The notes beneath the pieces were generated by a model. It made no database searches. It was not told where the DNA came from and worked only from the letters and a program-made list of their open reading frames with translations. A stretch of DNA of 56,594 nucleotides from Mesotaenium endlicherianum. Taxonomy: Eukaryota. Location: the NCBI GenBank assembly GCA_009602735.1, contig WELA01002119.1:470965-527558 (forward strand). The letters run 5' to 3'. The translations under genes were made by a program, and so were the position numbers. This document shows positions 12,311 to 25,119 of this stretch, piece by piece (positions within the stretch are counted from its first letter, which is position 1; every line of letters starts with the position of its first letter).

Positions 12311-15109
12311 CCTTAACAAACCAGGCCTTTGTCACTACTTGACATGCACCTACAGTCCTATCTACTGCATGCAGAGAAAGTATATTTGCAAGCTTAGTCA
12401 GGCTATAGGCAAATATGAATTAACCCGGTTTGCAGTCCTCCCACCTGTTAAACTAAACTTCAAAGCCCGAGGCTGGAATTCAACCTCAATGTAAGAAGCA
12501 TCCACCCCCAGGGTTGACAGTCCATTGTGATGGCTCTAGTGTGCCTCCTGCCCTTGGAGTGGTGGCGCACAATCAAGCTAGTAACCATCACAAGCAAACC
12601 GGGTCAACAACGACAAAGTGTCTATCTTCTGAGTGTCAGCCTTGAGAGGACACTTAGGGCAGGAGCAGGCTAGGGTTCACGAGGCATCACGAGCGAATTG
12701 GCCCAACCATGACGGAGAGTGAGCCTGAAGAAACGAGACCCGCGACACTGTGGAAATTGAAGTGACATGCCCCTGGCCATAGCTGCATGCTCACGTGCAT
12801 CACTGAAGCAGTTCTGAAATGCGACTGCCTCACAGCCCTGCCCTGCTCTACCAGACCCACCTGGCAACGCACAGAGCAATAACATCCTCTGTCGGAGAGA
12901 TGGGGTGACGCGCCGAGGGCCCTGTGTGGAGCGTGGAGACCTCTTCACCCCGCTTCAGGCTTTCACTAACGTCTCCCTCACCTGCCAGAGCAGAGCTCAA
13001 GAGCTTGACTCCGCCTGACAGCTGGCGCCGCATCGTACCTGCGCGCAAGAAGCTCGCGCTCCACCTCCGCCACCTGGCAGAGCGCAAACTCCTGCTCCAT
13101 GCGGTCGCCCTGAAGTGGCCCCACTTTGCTTGCCCCCCCCCTCCCCCCCNNNNNNNNNNNNNNNNNNNNNNNNNNNNNNNNNNNNNNNNNNNNNNNNNNN
13201 NNNNNNNNNNNNNNNNNNNNNNNNNNNNNNNNNNNNNNNNNNNNNNNNNNNNNNNNCCCCACCCCCTCCCTTCCTCCTCCTCTCCTCCCTTCTTAAGGGT
13301 CCCCCCCGAGAGCTAAGTACGCCGTGCGAATGACAATACTTAGAAGGGACACAGCGAGGGAGTGATGGCTGGTGGCGCCATAGATGACATGACAGGGGCA
13401 CAACCGACACAAACTGGAAAGAGGGGCGGGGAGGGGTTTGCGACCACACACAGCCTCACACACAGTACACCCACACCCACACCCACACACACACACATGC
13501 AAGCACGCACACACTGGGCCAGGTTTTGCTCGCCTCCAGCCTGCATAGGACAGAAGTACACGCACAAGCATACACAGCGGGAGGTGCAAGGAAGTCCGGG
13601 GAGGCAAGCATGACAAGGACGAGGATGGGGCTGCTGCTGAGAGAGGGGTACCTTCCATTGTGCAGCTAGGGACCGGACGGACAGCTGGCACGCTGCAGGC
13701 AGATGGTTGCCGTCGTGCAAACCGGCAAACAAGATGGCCTGGCGGGGCTGCCACGCCCTTCTTGCCCCCCATACAAGAGCATGCCAACGCACCAACTGAG
13801 CTGGCCTGGCCACACCCCCAAAGCTCTCTGGCACACCCCCTTGCCCCCCAGCTCCAGCTTCCCCTGCATGGGCCCGCACAGCAACTGGGCCCAGTACTCC
13901 ACAGCCGGCTCTGTGCCCAAATACTCGGAGGCTGGAGCGTAGAGCCTAGACCCTAGCCAGGGCCTCGCGTAGCTGCTGATAAAACCCGCATCAGCAGCCT
14001 CTAGAGGAGTCATCGCGTGGGGGTGGGAGGGAGGGACAGAAAGAGTCCAGAAGGGGAGGAATGCATGACTCCGCCCCCCAGGACCACGACAAAGACAAGC
14101 AAGCAAGGCAAGCGGGATGCCTGGTCCAGCCTTTTGCACGGCGGGTGGCGACACACGCAGGCGCTGAAAAAGCGCAGGCTGCTTGGGTCCGCTCCCTCTC
14201 CCTCGCTCCCTCTTGCACTCCCACGACTGCTGGGCTGCTCAGCCGGCCCTCAGCAGCCCTGAGGTGGGCGCACTCGAGCCCACACACAAAAACGGCAAAG
14301 CCAGCACACGCTGCCCTTCCTGCAGTCGCCCCCAAGCACGAGTTGGCACCCCCTTATGTTGATCAAATCAAATCAGAAGGGGGTGAAGGGCGGGGACGGA
14401 ATGGGGAAGTAGCAGCAGCTGCTCTGTGCTGCCTGCTTCCTCCCTCCCTCTCTTCTGAGTCCCGCCCCTGAGCTGCTGGCTACGCTGTGCAACTGACAAC
14501 TATCCGGAGGGGGATGTGGGGTTTGTGGTTGGCGTCGCACACTCCAGCCTGCAGGCGTAGGCAGGTTTGCCACCTGGCAGGCGCATGCCACGCCCTTCTT
14601 GCCTCCCATGCAAGAGCATGCCGACGCACCACCTGACCTGGCCTGGCCACACCCCCAAAACTCTCGAGCACACTGCCAGGTGGCCACCATCCCCCTTGAC
14701 CTCCCAACCCCCCCGCCCCCCCCCACCAACCCTGATGCAACCATCCTTCCTGCTGCCACCTGGTCCCCCGTGCCCCTGCTCTTCTTGCGCCCCCCAGCAG
14801 AAGGATGGAGGGAGGGAGAGACTCAGTGGGTACTTGCAAACAAAAAAGAGAACCCATTGACAGGAGGTATGAAAGAACACCGCTTGCATGGAAATAAACT
14901 TGGGAACAAGTGGCAATGGTGCCAATAAAATAATGGTAGACTAGCAGAATAACGCTATCGTCCTACTCTTGCACTAAGAAGGAAGTAGCCAGACTTAAAG
15001 CGTGACAAATGGCGCCACTGAAACACATAGTGCTAGTGCAGGAGAACTATCATCCTGACTATGTCCTGAGGGGGACCTAGCTGACTAGACCTAGCAGCTG
15101 CCGCTATGA

Positions 15110-15510
15110 GCATTGGCCTTCACCCTACGGGAGGCGCCCCTGGCGTTTCTTGCCCGTGCCTGACCTCCTACACCTGTAGTTGGCTAATCTTATTTGCCTG
15201 ACACTGTGCCAGTGACAGGTGTCTACTCTACTCTTCTCTGGAAGCGAGGGCCTCCCTAGAGCCAGAGGGAGGCGCCTCTGGCTCATCTCGCCCTGCCATG
15301 ACATCCTACAGCTTTAATTGACCCTATTCTTATATGCCTGACACTGTGCCAGCGGCAGGTCTCTACCTTAATGTGGGGGGGAGGAGCCAAAGACAGGCCC
15401 CTCCTCGAGCCGCCGATGGGCGCCTCACCCTTGCTTGACCTCCTAGACCTGCAATTGACGTCTAAAGAAGTATCTGGCACTGTTATAGCGACAGGTCTAC
15501 GCTCTACTTT
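15110..15510 (+). repeat. Degenerate ~140-bp tandem repeat (about 3 units); second array at ~25870-26270
   Basis: Core 'CTGACACTGTGCCAG(T/C)G(A/G)CAGGT..CTAC' and a diverged variant recur at ~15197, ~15337 and ~15475, with GGGCCTCCCTAGAGCC..GGCGCCTC-like motifs between them. Confidence 0.7.
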
Positions 15511-16123
15511 AGTGCGGGAGTGCAGGGGGTGCGGGGGGGGNNNNNNNNNNNNNNNNNNNNNNNNNNNNNNNNNNNNNNNNNNNNNNNNNNNNNNNNNNNN
15601 NNNNNNNNNNNNNNNNNNNNNNNNNNNNNNNNNNNNNNNNNNNNNNNNNNNNNNNNNNNNNNNNNNNNGGGGGGGAGGGGGGTGGTGCTGGCCCCTGGCG
15701 GTGACGCCTCCCTGGCCACTAGCTCTAGCATGCGCCGCCAGAACCATTGAGTCCTGGCTTTGGATCGATCTAGGTGGGGAAGACATTATGCGGCGGCATG
15801 CGTGGCAGGGTGGCCGGAGTGGGGAGGAGAAGAGAGAAGAGAAGGGGAGAGGAGAGGAACGGAGTGCACCCACCCAGCCCGCCCCCTGCTTGCTGCGCAG
15901 TCTACATGGCAGCAGTCCCCACAGTGTGCCGGGCATGGTCTACCTTTATGCACTCTTTCAGAATCGTGAACTTGCTAGCTGATTTTCCATCTTCTCTAGC
16001 TATCATCTTGCGGGGTCCTGTCTCTGCCTTTCTTCTCTTGCGGCCCCGGGAAGGAGCATGCTTCTTCTTCTTCTTCTTCACCTTCCAGCAGACGACGCCG
16101 GCAGGCGTGTGCAACACTGGACT

Positions 16124-18865
16124 CTAGTGGCTGCCTGCGGCTCTCCGCGCCCGCTGTGGGTGCTGCTGCTGCCTGGGAGGAGAAGGGCGGGGGAGGCGCC
16201 AGCTGTACTCGGGCACGGCCGGCAAGGGGTGCCGGGGAGGGGGGAAGGTCACGCAGGGCAAGCTGCTGTCCCGCGTGGCGAAGGGGGCCTGCACACACCA
16301 CAGCGGCCACGGGCGCCGACAGCTGTCAGGCCCTGATTGCAGGCTCTCAACCCCAGGGTGGGGTGGGCTCGGCTAGGCTGAGCAGCAGGGTTGGGCTCAG
16401 AGAGAGTGTCCAGGGAGGCCTCACTTGGAGAGAGAGAGAGAGAGGGAGAGAGAGAGAGAGCGAGAGAGAGAGAGGGAGAGGCAAGGGTACCTTGGAGGGG
16501 GAGCCCGTAGGAGCCCGCTACCTGGAGGGCGGCTGGAGCGCGCCAGCGACTCCCTGTGCCACTGTGAGTGCCGCAGACTTGGCAGCGGCCCGGGCAATCT
16601 GCCACACGAGAGAAAATAAAGCGGTCAGCCATGCAGGCGTACACCCACCGGTGGGATGTACCGGAGACATTAGAGGAAAGCACCAGGGCAGCCCTGGGGC
16701 GGGAGGGAGGGCAAAAGGGAGGGGGGGCTCACCAGCTTGGCAGCCGCGCTTGTGCCAGGCGCAGGCCCAAATGCGGTGCACGGACAGCTGTTTTCCCTCA
16801 CACAGAAACGTGCCTTGCAGGGGGGTCCGGCCACCGCCCGCATCCTGGAGGGTGGTGCGAGGGCGCCCGCGACGCCCTTTTCTACAGCCTGGGCGGCAGA
16901 CCTGGCAGCGGCCTGCGCGTTCTGCCACACCACAAGAAACAGAGACAGACGGCGCAGGAAAACCGATCAGCACCCGGACATGCACCCACCCCCTGCTTGC
17001 TCACAAGAACGCACAAGAGGGACGAGTGAAACAACCGTGCACCCCCAGCTGGCGTGCTAAGAGCAATTCTCACCTGCCTGGCGGCCCGGGTGGGGGCGGC
17101 GGGCGGAGCAGGGGGGCCGAACAAGGCCCCCAGGGGGGGGGTCGCCACGCTGGCGGCGGCCCGCTTGATGCGCGCAGCCTGGGAGCGGCGCTGCTGCCGG
17201 CGGCTGTTCAGCTCTCGCAGGGTCTGGCTCCTGGCCGCCCGGGTCGCGCGCGCGGCCCTCTGCGCCGCCTGCACTCACAGGCACTCGCGTGACGCAAGGG
17301 GTCAGACATCGGGGGCTGGGGTGGAGTCTCAGGGAAGGTCGCCACAGGTCCCCCCCCCCGCCCCCCCTCCCCCACGGGCCCCTCCACATGCATCAGCATT
17401 TATTGCGATGTGCGAGTCAGAAAGTGTCACATCAGCAAACGGGCTGCAAAGCATTTACCTTTCGGTCGTCGACAGGTGGCAAAATGTTGGCGGGGAAAAG
17501 GGGCCTGGGGTGGGTGGAGGTGAAGTGCCTCCTCCGCTCCTGCTCACATCAACGCGCACATCAGCTCACAGTGAGTGAGTGTCTGACTGAGCAGCAACCA
17601 GAGGGATGCATAGGCACCCCAAACATCCGTGAACTGCTGGACTCTTTCTCGCCACGACTGGATGCATGAGAAGGGCACCTACTGGGTGCTGGGAGGCGCG
17701 GGGAGTGCCACCTACCAGGGCTGCCGACAGTATCCTCAGGCGCCGTTCCTGGGCGTGCAGGACCAGAGCCAGGGAGGCGCTGGGGTTGACCTCCCTGCAG
17801 GCGTCCAGAGCAGCCTGCAGAAGAAGGCGCGCACGCAAGCGCCCGAGAGACCAGAACGCGTCAGCCGGTCGTCGGAAGAACTTCAGGCTTGGCCCGGTAC
17901 GCAACGAGAGCCCAGGTCAGAGTACGCATGGAGGGAGCTGAGGCAGATGAGGTGGGCACCTGTTTCTGCTCGGGGGCCGGCAACTTCGGGGCCGGAGGGA
18001 AGACGGGCCGGGGGTGGGAGGCGGTGCAGAACACGTCCCTCTCGCCGTCCTGCGGTGTACCACAGCATGGCCCTTGAGTCTGAGATTAAGCCCAACGTAC
18101 AGTGCAGCTCTTGGGCAAGCCCCTCCAACTTCTCCTCGCTACTATCGCTACTGCTTCAACTGGAGCTAAGTGAAGCTAATGCAGCCCCCGCTTTCTCCCT
18201 CTCTCCATGTTCTCCCCCTCACCCATGTTGAATCATTCCAACTTCTCCTGCTGGTGTCTATGAAAGCACAGTTGCAGAGGGAGCTAGCTGCAAAGCTGCT
18301 ATTGCAAGGGTTTGTGGTAAAAGATGAAATCTAAAACACGAACCAAAACCACCACACTTTGACATACCCCAGACCCCAGTTCTACGTGAAGACAAATTTA
18401 CCACCAGATTAGAGGCGTGCAGACACATTCCCACGGTCAAAAGTTGATAGCATACTACCTCTTCCTACAAGAGAAACTAACATCACTTCCAGTGCTATTT
18501 GTGAATTTATGAAGAAAAAAAGCCAAACTTCTCAGCTCCCAGCAGTGAAGACTGACATGTCTATCTGGAAAAGCTTCGATAGACAACAACACCACCTTCT
18601 CACCAACAAAATATTCCTCTAGGCCACAGACACCCTTCTCCTTCTTCTTCCCTCTCGCGCTTTCGCGCATCGTCGATATAGCTGTGTTCAACGATCTCGG
18701 ATAATTATGAGATGAAGATTACCATACCTTTCTTGGAGAATACCGCAGGCGCGACTTCACGAAAAGGTTTCCCGGGGTCGAAGGTAGACATCTAGGCCCA
18801 CGACCTTGTGCGCAAAAGAGTGCCGCAGATGAAATGGAGGTCCTCATCAGGATTGATGACGCCAT
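16124..18865 (-). pseudogene. Unrecognised 8-exon gene, copy A (~354 codons, Pro/Ala/Arg-rich, internal repeats, transit-peptide-like N-terminus); one in-frame TAG in exon 7
   Basis: Exons (minus): 18865-18728 (MASSILMRTSISS..), 18049-17960, 17814-17716, 17539-17459, 17268-17074, 16921-16733, 16598-16491 (TAG at 16520-16518), 16288-16124 (stop). All GT-AG, all phase 0, lengths multiples of 3. Splice sites conserved in copy B while introns diverge. Confidence 0.65.
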
Positions 18866-20013
18866 CTTTGATGAGCCAGAAGTACTACTAATGAACTTGT
18901 ATTTGATGCTTTCAACTCCAAAGCAAAGTATGAGAGAGCATTAACGTAATCCTAGAAACAAGCGGTGAAGTATTGAGAAAGAGGGTAGCGGCGGCTATGA
19001 ATCAAAAGCACTCCTGTAAGGTGAGCCTTTTATTTCTGTTAGCTTCTCTTTGTGTGCAAGTCCTAGTGAAGCCTCTCCTCATGAAGCGAGGCCAAGCACC
19101 AACTGCCGGTAAGCCCTGGGCGAAGCTAGTTGCGCGCCATTGTTGCTAGCTAGTCGACCAGCCGGTAGAGCGCGCCACCTGGCCCTTGGATTAAGGTTGA
19201 GTTTGACCACTAGTGTGTGTGGACTTTTCTCGGCAACCAAAGGCCACCGATGTTGACCCATCTGGAGCCTCTCAGAGGCCGTCTAGAGTTTGTCCCCCGG
19301 TGGGAGGCTACGCTAGTCTACGTGGCTCCGATGTCAAGCCATTATTTTTTGAAACAAACAATAAAAAAGCACTCGTCTACCTAAAACTGACAATTGAACA
19401 AGTCAGAATGAGTTTTTTAAAGCGCAGTAATTCTCCACTTTTTCACATGCACCTCAATCTCGAGGCACTTTAAGGTAACACTTCTCGAGAATAGTCAAGA
19501 CTTTTTCCTCTCTGTATATAAGCAGTATAGTAAGATGGCAGAAACATTGAAGTGCATATACACTGTGTTGCTATTGCACTTGGAGAGTTTTACTCTATGT
19601 TCATACCTGCATCATATCTGTTCATTTGCATTATCCTTCTATTTGCAAGTTTACGATATTGCAAATGTGTAAAATTTCAAGCATTCAAATCTGCAAATTC
19701 GGGGACAAGGGTCCATAAAAAATGTCCTTTAAAATGTCCGGCCTGTTATTTCATGTGAAAAAGGAGAAGCAGCCGTGCTGCCGTGCAGGCTTCTTAAGAC
19801 CACTTGGAAGGTACTCTATAAATCAGACCAGGGTGAAGGTGGGTCATGGTTAGATTCTCGTTATCCACCTTTACACTCCAGCCTAGAAAGATGCAGAGAA
19901 CAATTGCTACAGTATCACTGGTACATCTTGCATTGGATGCATCCAAGCATGCAATTCATACATCTCATATACTGACAACTGGTCGTCGAGCGAATTACAC
20001 CCTCGTTGCTGCC

Positions 20014-20084
20014 TTGGGACTTATCATCTATGGATACGGAGACCTCAGGTCTCAGCCCAGGAGGGCGATTGTCCTCGTTTGCAT
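20014..20084 (+). pseudogene. Orphan duplicated GST-theta exon 1 (start ATG changed to TTG, 6-nt insertion, no downstream exons seen)
   Basis: Translates LGLIIYGYGDLRSQPRRAIVLVC versus MGLIIYGDLMSQPTRAIVLFC at 30581; homology ends ~20215. Confidence 0.85.
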
Positions 20085-23000
20085 GTAAATTTGCAGCCAT
20101 GACAGGCCATGGCACCTCATGACAATACACGGTATCCAACGTCATTCAAATTTAGTCTTCCGGTACTTTCCTCTCTGGCCTCTCTGGCCTCAATAACAGC
20201 AGGGCGGGAAAGGTAGACACGATGAACGCAATATAAGAGACGATGTATAAATAGAGGAATCATGCAAGTTATAAACGTTAAATTGACATAGAACATATCA
20301 AGTAGATATTTGGAAATAGGATACATAGAATTCAAGGAGGGAGCTTCACTATCCTCATATACACTACTTTCTTTCTTCAATATAAGCGTTCATCCTTTTT
20401 TCTTACCTATTACTTTTCATTCTTTTATGAGAGATAAAATACGTCCCAACCCATGGTGGTTCATCATGTCATGTTGACATTGCGTGGCTATGCCCGTGCT
20501 ATTCTTTCTCCGTCATGACACTTTCCAGCAAATAGAATGCTACTCAAGTCCATAACAAAGTTGCTTTCAATTGCGCGTACAAATATGGACTATTCTACCC
20601 TATTCTCTTCTTCAATATTTAGTCAATTTGAATCTTCTTTCATCATTCTATGTTTTGCAGTATAAGCATATATGGTATATGTAAGATGTATTGACTTGCT
20701 AAAAGAAGAGGCCTTGAGACATAGGTTGTACCTCAGCTATCTCCATCTACTTTACATACACGAGGTTACTTCGGCGTGTTCCTTTTAAGATACTATAATA
20801 ACGGGCAACACTTGGTACCTCAACCTATGATGCGAGACAAGATCTGCACCCAACTTGTGCAATTTGGACATGGCTACGACAGATCATCCACGTTTTCTTA
20901 TAATACCACAATTTTGATCGGAGTGCTTACAAACACGAAGCAGTGATAACAAAGTTTTTTGGGCCGCTCAATAAATTTGTGCACAAAGGTATGACACAGA
21001 CTACCAGATGCTTTGCATTGAACTTGCTCCTTTTTGGAACGGAGAGTTGAGAGTAATAATTCGTAAAAATTCATGGTTTTTTCCCCTACCAATCTCTTCA
21101 AAAATGACGTGTTAAAGGGTAAGGGACTGGCCAGAGGGCCGAAAACCACATGAAATATTTGGCTACTTTGTGGCATGCAGTTGCAATAAGGGGTTTCAAA
21201 TCGAGAAGACTCAAGACTACAAAAAGAATTGAGATTGAGTAAACTTTGTCATTGCAATTTGGCATTAGACGACCACATATTTTAACCAGAACCTAAAAAA
21301 ATGGCTTGATGAACTTCGTGTGCATTTCGTGTACCCGACTTATGAAGGAACAGGTCTTGGATTCCAATTTGTGGTATTTTTGGCGATTGCCACACCGGTG
21401 TCTACTTTTAACGAAGAGCTAGGGTGTAGATCTAGTCTCGCGTCGTCAATTGATGGTAAAAGTTTCTATTTCTATTTAGTAACAAGATTGTGCAGCTGCG
21501 AGCCTCCCAATGCTGCAGCCCTCACCCAAGACATGCTCTAAGGAGAAGGAGATATATTGCCCGAGGTTTGGTGATCTGAACAAGTATGTTATCGAGCTAG
21601 CAAGCATCCGCGACATCATATTTGAGAAGAGATCGCTATTATCGATGATGCCCAAATGTGCGTGGATAGTATCATGCAAACCTGCTCCATTCCAGATGGT
21701 GACATAGAAATGCTACATTTTCTTGCAGTTACTTGACGACGATAGCATGCTCATGCACTTGTGACGTCTTCAGGGTCCAAGTCTGACCATTCTTTACTTG
21801 AAAGAAAGACTACATACTGCATGCGAGTCGTGCACAGAAAGGATACTCGAGGAAGCTGTTCTGATGAAAATTGCATGTTCAAGAATCTGCGTTCTACACA
21901 CTCGTCTACTTTGGATTTTTCCATTAGCTACTGGGTTTCTACAACACTTCCTGTTAGTTTGTATACTTTGTGGTTATCGTAGCTGCTAAGAATGTTCCCC
22001 CTTGATTATGCATGATATTATTGCATTAGTGACGTACCCACTGATCACATTTCAAAGGGCAATCAAGAATCAGCATCTTGTCTATATCTCTTAGTTTGCA
22101 GACTGAAGTAACTTGCTGTAGTACATAGAATTGTAATTGGAACTAGGTCAAGCGTGTTTCACTGTACACAAAGATGACTGTCCTCAAAGCGCACGTATAC
22201 GTCCACGAGGGGGCTGGAGACTGAGTGCGTATGTTTCTCTAGCAACAAGGAATGTCGCCACAAGTTTGCCCATTCATGGCATACATTGCAAGCATGCAAA
22301 AGTCTTAATCCTATCGCAATTGGACGTTGCTTGATGCTCGTGAACTTACAATTGCATATGAAAGTCTCATGAGTGCAAAATATTTTGTGACAAGCAAGTA
22401 GAATCAGCCAGACATTACACCAAGGATCTGCATCAAGTCGTCCAAAGCATCCACTGGTGCTAATTGCACAACAATCTCTGAGTGACTGCAGACCTGAACA
22501 GAAAAACATGCGTGCAATACCACGTACCAAGAAGTGTAGATCGAGAAGAACACTATGTCGACAGAAAAAGGTCCGGGTATGTGTCCCGGACTGATGTTGC
22601 TTCTTCCAAAGCATGTGCTCGGCATAGTCACCAAGCATACCTGAAGGGGAGCAATGGCCAGTCGGCAGGCACGTCGCCAGAATCCGCGGCCTCAACAGCT
22701 AGGCATGGTCCCTCGAGTCAAAGCTTCGCTTGAGTGGACCTTATTCTGCACTCTCCCTCATCCTAGCTCCGCCCCTGTTGACACACACACACACACATAC
22801 ACACACACACACACTCAGAGTCCGTCCCACCCCTTTGCCCGCTTCCAGCCTGCATCGAAGAGAGGCACACATGCATCCAAGCGTATGCAGCGGAGACTGC
22901 AAGGAGGTCGCAAGGAGACTGCTGGGCAGCTGGGGCGCACCTTTCTTCTCGCAGCTGATGGCCGGACTGCTGGCACGCTGCATGCCCGTGGTCGCGCTCA

Positions 23001-25119
23001 TGCGCTGTAGCCTCGGGGCGGCGGCGGCAGGACCGCCACCTGGCAGCCGCTTGCCATGCCGCTTCTTTCCCCCCCTGCTGCAGCACGCCGACGCCCACTA
23101 AGGCCGGCCTGGCCACATCCCCAGGCTCTCCAGCACACTGCACAGGTGGCCATCCTTAACCTTCTCACTCCCCCACTCTGGTGCAACCCCCCTACCCCCA
23201 CCAAAAGCCACCTGGTGCAACCCCCCTCCCTGTTGCCGTCACATCTGCCTCCCCCCATCTTTGTGAGCTGGTCATGCGCATCCCAGCAGCTCCCTCGGTA
23301 CCCACGCCGCAGCCGCTTGCGATGACGAGCAGAAGCATCCATCTGACGTCACACACGAAGCAGATCCAGGCTCTGCCGTCAACGCACCATGAGCAGGCAT
23401 GTGTCAGATCACAGGCGCATGTCCAAGACGATGAGGCCATGCACTCATGAATAATTGCAAGTGGTAGAACGGCAGACCTGAGATTGGTGGGCAGCTAAGT
23501 CAGCCCTCATCAGTCCTGAGGTGAACATACGCGTGTGGACTGACACGCCCTCTCAAAACCATCAAGGGACTGTTCCGCAGCCCCACCACCTGAACGCTGT
23601 CCTCTCCTGATGTAAGTCAAGGGGAGGGGGGAGGAGGGAGGGGGCACGCGCGGCACAAGGAGAGACTGCTTTCTGCTGCCTGGCCAACAGATGAGAACGG
23701 CCAGCAGCCAAGCCTGTTCCAAAGCAGACTCGAGGAGGGAGGAGAAGAGGGGTGCAAGGGCAGGAAAAAGGCCGCGGCTCATCGATGGGAACACAAGATA
23801 AGCTCCCTCTCCCTCTCCCTCTCCCTCTCGCGTTTCCTCTCGCTTACGCTCTCTCGCTCTCTCTCACACACTCTCTCGCTCCCTTTCTCCCTCCCTCCAT
23901 CCCTCCCTCCCTCCCCCTCTCTCTCGTGCTATTCCTCTCGCGCTCTCCCTCGCTTGCTCTCTCGCTCGCTCTCTCTCGCTCTCGCTCTCCCACCCATCCA
24001 CAAGCTTGCTGCGACACGCAACTGACTGCTTTTGGAAGGGGTTGAGAGAGCGGGCGAGGGGCGGCAGCGGCGCGCACTGCGCAACAAGGGCACGCGCACA
24101 AGGGGCCGCAATGGGGAGAGGGGGCCGGGGGCAGTGGAGGGGTGTCCTTTGGGACAATGTCCAGGCAGGAAGATGCAGGGAAGGCCAACTGCAGCATTCA
24201 CGACAGCAAAGACATACCCCAGGCCTTCACAGGCAGCATCCCCTCTAGCCCAGGCTCGGCCCAGAGTGGGACCTGATCCCACCACAACCATGGCCGGACT
24301 CATGAAGCTCAAGTACAAGCATGCAATGCAGAGAAATAGAGGAGGCCAGGGGGGGGAGAGAGGGAGAAGGATGAGGATGGGGCTTCTGGGCCTGTCGTAC
24401 CTTCCTCTTTGCAGCAACAGGAGCCCGATAGCCGGCCTGTTGCCCACAAATGCGGTTGTGCACTGCAGCCGGCAGGCGTAGGCAGCACCGCCACCTGGCA
24501 GGCGCTTGCCACGCCGCTTTACCCCCCCCNGGCCGCCGCCCACCTCAGGCGGCTTGGCCCCAATCACAGGAACACATGACAATGGCGCCAATACTCACAA
24601 ATAGATCGATAGTGCTATCATGCTCAGGAGGACCTAGCTAGACCTAGCGCTAGATAGTTTAGCCTTATTCTGAATAAATGATGTCAGTCCCCTATTTACA
24701 TGCTGAGGGGGACCTGGCAAGACCTAGCACCTGAGCCGATGAGCGTTACGCTTCGACCTAGACCTATGGGCACCGAGCGGCACCGCGGCCAGTCATCAGG
24801 CAGCTGGCTCGCTCTTGCTCTCTCGCTCTCTCCCTCCCTCCCTCTCGCTCTCGCTCTCCCGCTCTTCCACTCCCTTCCTCTCCCTCCTTCCCTCCCTCGC
24901 TCCCTCTCTCTCCCTCCCTCCTCCCTCTCCCGCCCACTCCCTCCCTCTCCTTCCTCCCTCTTCTCCCTCCCTCCCTCTCCCTCCCTCCCCCNAAGGAGAT
25001 GCGCGAATGACACCACGAAGGAGCATGTGAGAGAATGGGGAGGGGGTGGGGGCGAAGGAAGACTGTCTTAAGGAACTACGGTGAGCCATGCCAGATAATT
25101 TTGAAGGCAAACTGCAACA

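Larger units (their letters stand above)
13580..20215 (+). repeat. Segmental duplication, copy A (paralogous to ~25120-30770)
   Basis: Colinear blocks by eye: 13600-13830~25170-25390, 14640-18070~25365-28745, 18725-18865~29490-29626, 18950-19390~29822-30255, 19745-20212~30315-30765. Boundaries approximate. Confidence 0.9.

Noticed and set aside
15110..15510. CRISPR-like array
   Set aside because: Units are long and degenerate, inter-core sequences are related rather than unique spacers, no cas genes, eukaryotic context.
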